Source of the DNA: Leucoraja erinacea
Lineage: Eukaryota
Direction of reading: 5' to 3'
DNA length: 64,000 nucleotides
Assembly (NCBI RefSeq): GCF_028641065.1
Contig: NC_073382.1
Coordinates: 81,282,001-81,346,000, forward strand
The notes below the pieces were generated by a model, which saw nothing but the letters and a program-made list of their open reading frames with translations, did not search any database and had not been told where the DNA came from. Position 1 is the stretch's first letter, and each line of letters starts with the position of its first letter. Shown in pieces: positions 61,075 to 64,000 of this stretch. The position numbers and the translations under genes were made by a program.

Positions 61075-61229
61075 GACGAGAGGGAGCAGGTTCTGACCAG
61101 TTACCTGTGGACGAGGCAGGAGTGGACAGATGAGCTCCATCGTTGGAACAAGAGCGACTACGATGGTCTAGAGACCATCCACGTCCCTGGCCGCTACCTG
61201 TGGAGACCCGACATCGTCCTGTACAACAG
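61075..61229 (+). CDS. nAChR alpha9/alpha10-like exon 3; gene continues beyond the window
   Basis: [44 protein letters not shown]; 155 nt, donor AG|GTGAGT. Confidence 0.9.
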
Positions 61230-61719
61230 GTGAGTCAATCCCCCCTCCCCACACCTCACCTGTATCCACCTCTCACCTGCACAGGCACAAAGTGCTGGAG
61301 TAACTCAGCGGTGATGGTCAGGCAACATAGAAGCGTAGAATCATCAGAAATAGTTGCAGGATTAGTCCATTCGGCCATTAGTGCCAGCACCGCCATTCAA
61401 TAGACAATAGACAATAGGTGGAGGAGTAGGCCATTTGGCCCTTCGAGCCAGCACCGCCATTCAATGTGATCATGGCTGATCATCCACAATCAGTACCCCG
61501 TTCCTGCCTTCTCCCCATATCCCCTGACACCGCTATCTTTAAGAGCCCTATCTATCTCTCTCTTGAAAGTATCTTTCCCTCCAACCCCATTCTCCTGCCT
61601 TCTCCCCATTTTCAATAGGGAGTTGTATTTGGCTCTTAGGGCTAAAGGAATCAATGGATATGGGGGAAAAGCAGGAACGGGGTACTGATTTTAGATGATC
61701 GGCCATGATCGTATCGAAT

Positions 61720-62972
61720 CAGGATGCTTGACTAATCTGGAATTTTTTGAGGATGTGACAAGTAAAATGGACAAGGGAGAGCCAGTGGATGTAGTGTACC
61801 TGGACTTTCAGAAAGCATTTTATATGGTCTCACAGGAGATTAGTGGGCAAAATTAGGGCACATGGTATTGGGGGTAGAGTGCTGACATGGATAGAAAATT
61901 GGTTGGCAGACAGGAAACAAAGAGTAGGGATTAATGGGTCCCTTTCAGAATGGCAGGCAGTGACTAGTGGGGTACCGCACGGCTCAGTGCTGGGACCGCA
62001 GCTATTTACAATATACATCAATGATTTAGATGAAGGAATTCACAGTAACATTAGCAAATTTGCAGATGACACAAAGCTGGGTGGCAGTGTGAACTGCGAG
62101 GAGGATGCTATGTGAATGCAGGGTGACTTGGACAGGTTGGGGGAGTGGGCAGATGCATGGCAGGTGCAGTTTAATGTGGATAAATGTGAGGTTATCCACT
62201 TTGGTAGCAAAACAGATTACTATCTAAATTGTGTCAAGTGGGGAAAAGGGGAAGTACAATGGGATCTGGGGGTCCTTGTTCATTAGTCAATGAAAGTAAG
62301 CATGCAGGTACAGCAGGCAGTGAAGAAAGCGAATGGCATGTTGGCCTTCATAACAAGAGGAGTAGAGGAGCAAAGAGGTCCTTCTGCAGTTGTACAGGGC
62401 CTTAGTGAGACCACACCTGGAGTATTGTGTGCAGTTTTATTCTTCAAATTTGAGGAAGGACATTCTTGCTATTGAGGGAGTGCAGCGTAGGTTTACAAGG
62501 TTAATTCCCGGGATGACGGGACTGTCATATGCTGAGAGAATGGAGCAGCTGGGCTTGTACACTCTGGAGTTTAGAAGGATGAGAGGGAGTCTTATTGAAA
62601 CATATAGGATTATTAAGGGATTGGACATGTTAGAGGCAGGAAACATGTTCCCGATGTTGGGGGAGTCCAGAACCAGGGACCACAGTTTAAAAATAAGGGG
62701 TATGCCATTTAGAACGGAGATGAGGGAACACATTTTCACACAGAGAGTTGTGAGTCTGTGGAATTCTCTGACTCAGAGGGCAGTGGAGGCCGGTTCTCTG
62801 AATGCTTTCAAGAGGGAGTTAGAGCTCTTAAAGATAGCGGAGTAAGGGGATATGGGGAGAAGGCAGGAACGGGGTACTGATTGGGGATGATCAGCCATGA
62901 TCATATTGAATGGCAGTGCTTGCTCGAATGGCCGAATGGCCTACTCCTGCACCTATTTTTCTATGTTTCTAT
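61720..62972 (+). mobile_element. CR1 LINE fragment (longest in window)
   Basis: RT motifs [19 protein letters not shown] and KFADDTKL through to the 3' tail; contains stops and frameshifts. Confidence 0.9.
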
Positions 62973-63374
62973 AGCCCCTGACACCCATACTAATCAAGAA
63001 TCTATCTGTCTGCTTTAAAAATACCCATGGACTAGGCCTCCACAGCCGTCTGTGGCAATGAATTCCACAGACCCTCTGACTAAAGAAATTCTTCCTCATC
63101 TCCGTTCTAAAGGAACGTCCTTTAATTCTGAGACTATGACCTCTGGTCTTAGACTCTCCCACTAGTGGAAACATCCTCTCCACATCCACTCTATCCAAGC
63201 CTTTCACTATTCCATAAGTTTTAATGAGGTGGGTCCCCTCATCCTTCTAAACTCCAGCAAGTACAGGCCCAGTGCTGTTAAACGCTCATCATAAGTTAAC
63301 CCACTCATCCGACCTCCTCTGGACCCTCTCCAACGGCAGCACATCCTTCGTCAGAGAAGGAGCTGTTTCTCAGA

Positions 63375-63977
63375 TAGGTAATGTTTCAGGTCTGGACTGA
63401 AGAAGGATCCCGACCCGAAACGTCACCTATCCATGTTCTCCACAGATGCTGCCTGACCCGCTGAGTTACAGTAGCTCTGGAGAGAAGGAACAGGTGACGT
63501 TTTGGGTCGAGAGCCTTCTTCAGACTGAGAGTCAGGGGAGAGGGAGACGCAGAGATAAGGAAGTGTAAGGTGTGAAAACAAGACATCAAAGGGGATGCCT
63601 CGAGGGAGAAAGTTTAGCCACATGTGTTGCATCTCTACATGCGGTTGCAGGGGAACGTACCTGGGGAAAGGGGTGGTTTGGGTGGGAAGGGATGAGTTAA
63701 CCAGTGAGTTGCGGAGGGAACGGTCTCTGCAGAAAGTGGAGAGGAGGTGGCAAACATTTCGGAGGATGATGTGTTGTATGTGACAGCTGGTGGGGTGGAA
63801 GGTGAGGACTAGGGGGACTCTGTCTCTGTTGCGACTAGGGGGAGGGGGAGCAAGGGCGGAGCTGCGGGGTACCGAGGAGACACGAGTGAGGGCCTCATCT
63901 ATGATGGGGGGGTGAGGGGAACCTCCGTTCCCTAAAGAATGAGCACATCTCGGATGTCCTGGTATGGAACACCTCAC
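63375..63977 (-). mobile_element. Penelope-like element fragment with inverted terminal repeats
   Basis: NRDRVPLVLTFHP...IILRN...RDRSLRNSLV is typical of the PLE RT-to-GIY-YIG linker; adjacent hammerhead-bearing repeats occur in both orientations. Confidence 0.75.
63397..63428 (+). ncRNA. Minimal hammerhead motif beside a Penelope ORF remnant
   Basis: CTGAAGAAGGATCCCGACCCGAAACGTC^ACCT; one stem II mismatch. Confidence 0.45.
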
Positions 63978-64000
63978 CTCTATCCCTTACTCACATTTCC

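Noticed and set aside
61720-62972. Potentially active LINE
   Set aside because: It is 5'-truncated with stops and frameshifts; no intact autonomous element is present in the window.

Overview
This is eukaryotic, vertebrate DNA, most likely from an elasmobranch (skate/ray-like). That call rests on HE1-type V-SINEs and HER1/CR1 LINEs. The window is very repeat-dense, with GC-rich exons and two assembly gaps. Genes recovered by hand from splice sites and protein motifs: a two-coding-exon sialidase (NEU3/NEU2-like, + 13257-16919); an 8-exon WDR73 (- 21347-35143, with two 1-bp insertions in exon 4); a tRNA-Gln(CTG) head-to-head with WDR73; a single-exon, strongly atypical RhoG-like GTPase (+ 43879-44448; G12E, G60S, CVLT); and the first three exons of a divergent alpha9/alpha10-type nicotinic receptor (+ 57837-61229, continuing past the window). 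An orphan BCL7 exon 1 with an inverted copy of its 5' leader sits between a CpG promoter and the sialidase. Most of the rest is truncated CR1, Rex1 and Tx1 LINEs, V-SINEs and Penelope-derived terminal repeats. The Penelope repeats carry minimal type I hammerhead ribozyme motifs, including one core followed by a tandem array of 66-bp half-sites. No database searches were run; orthology calls come from recalled family sequences.
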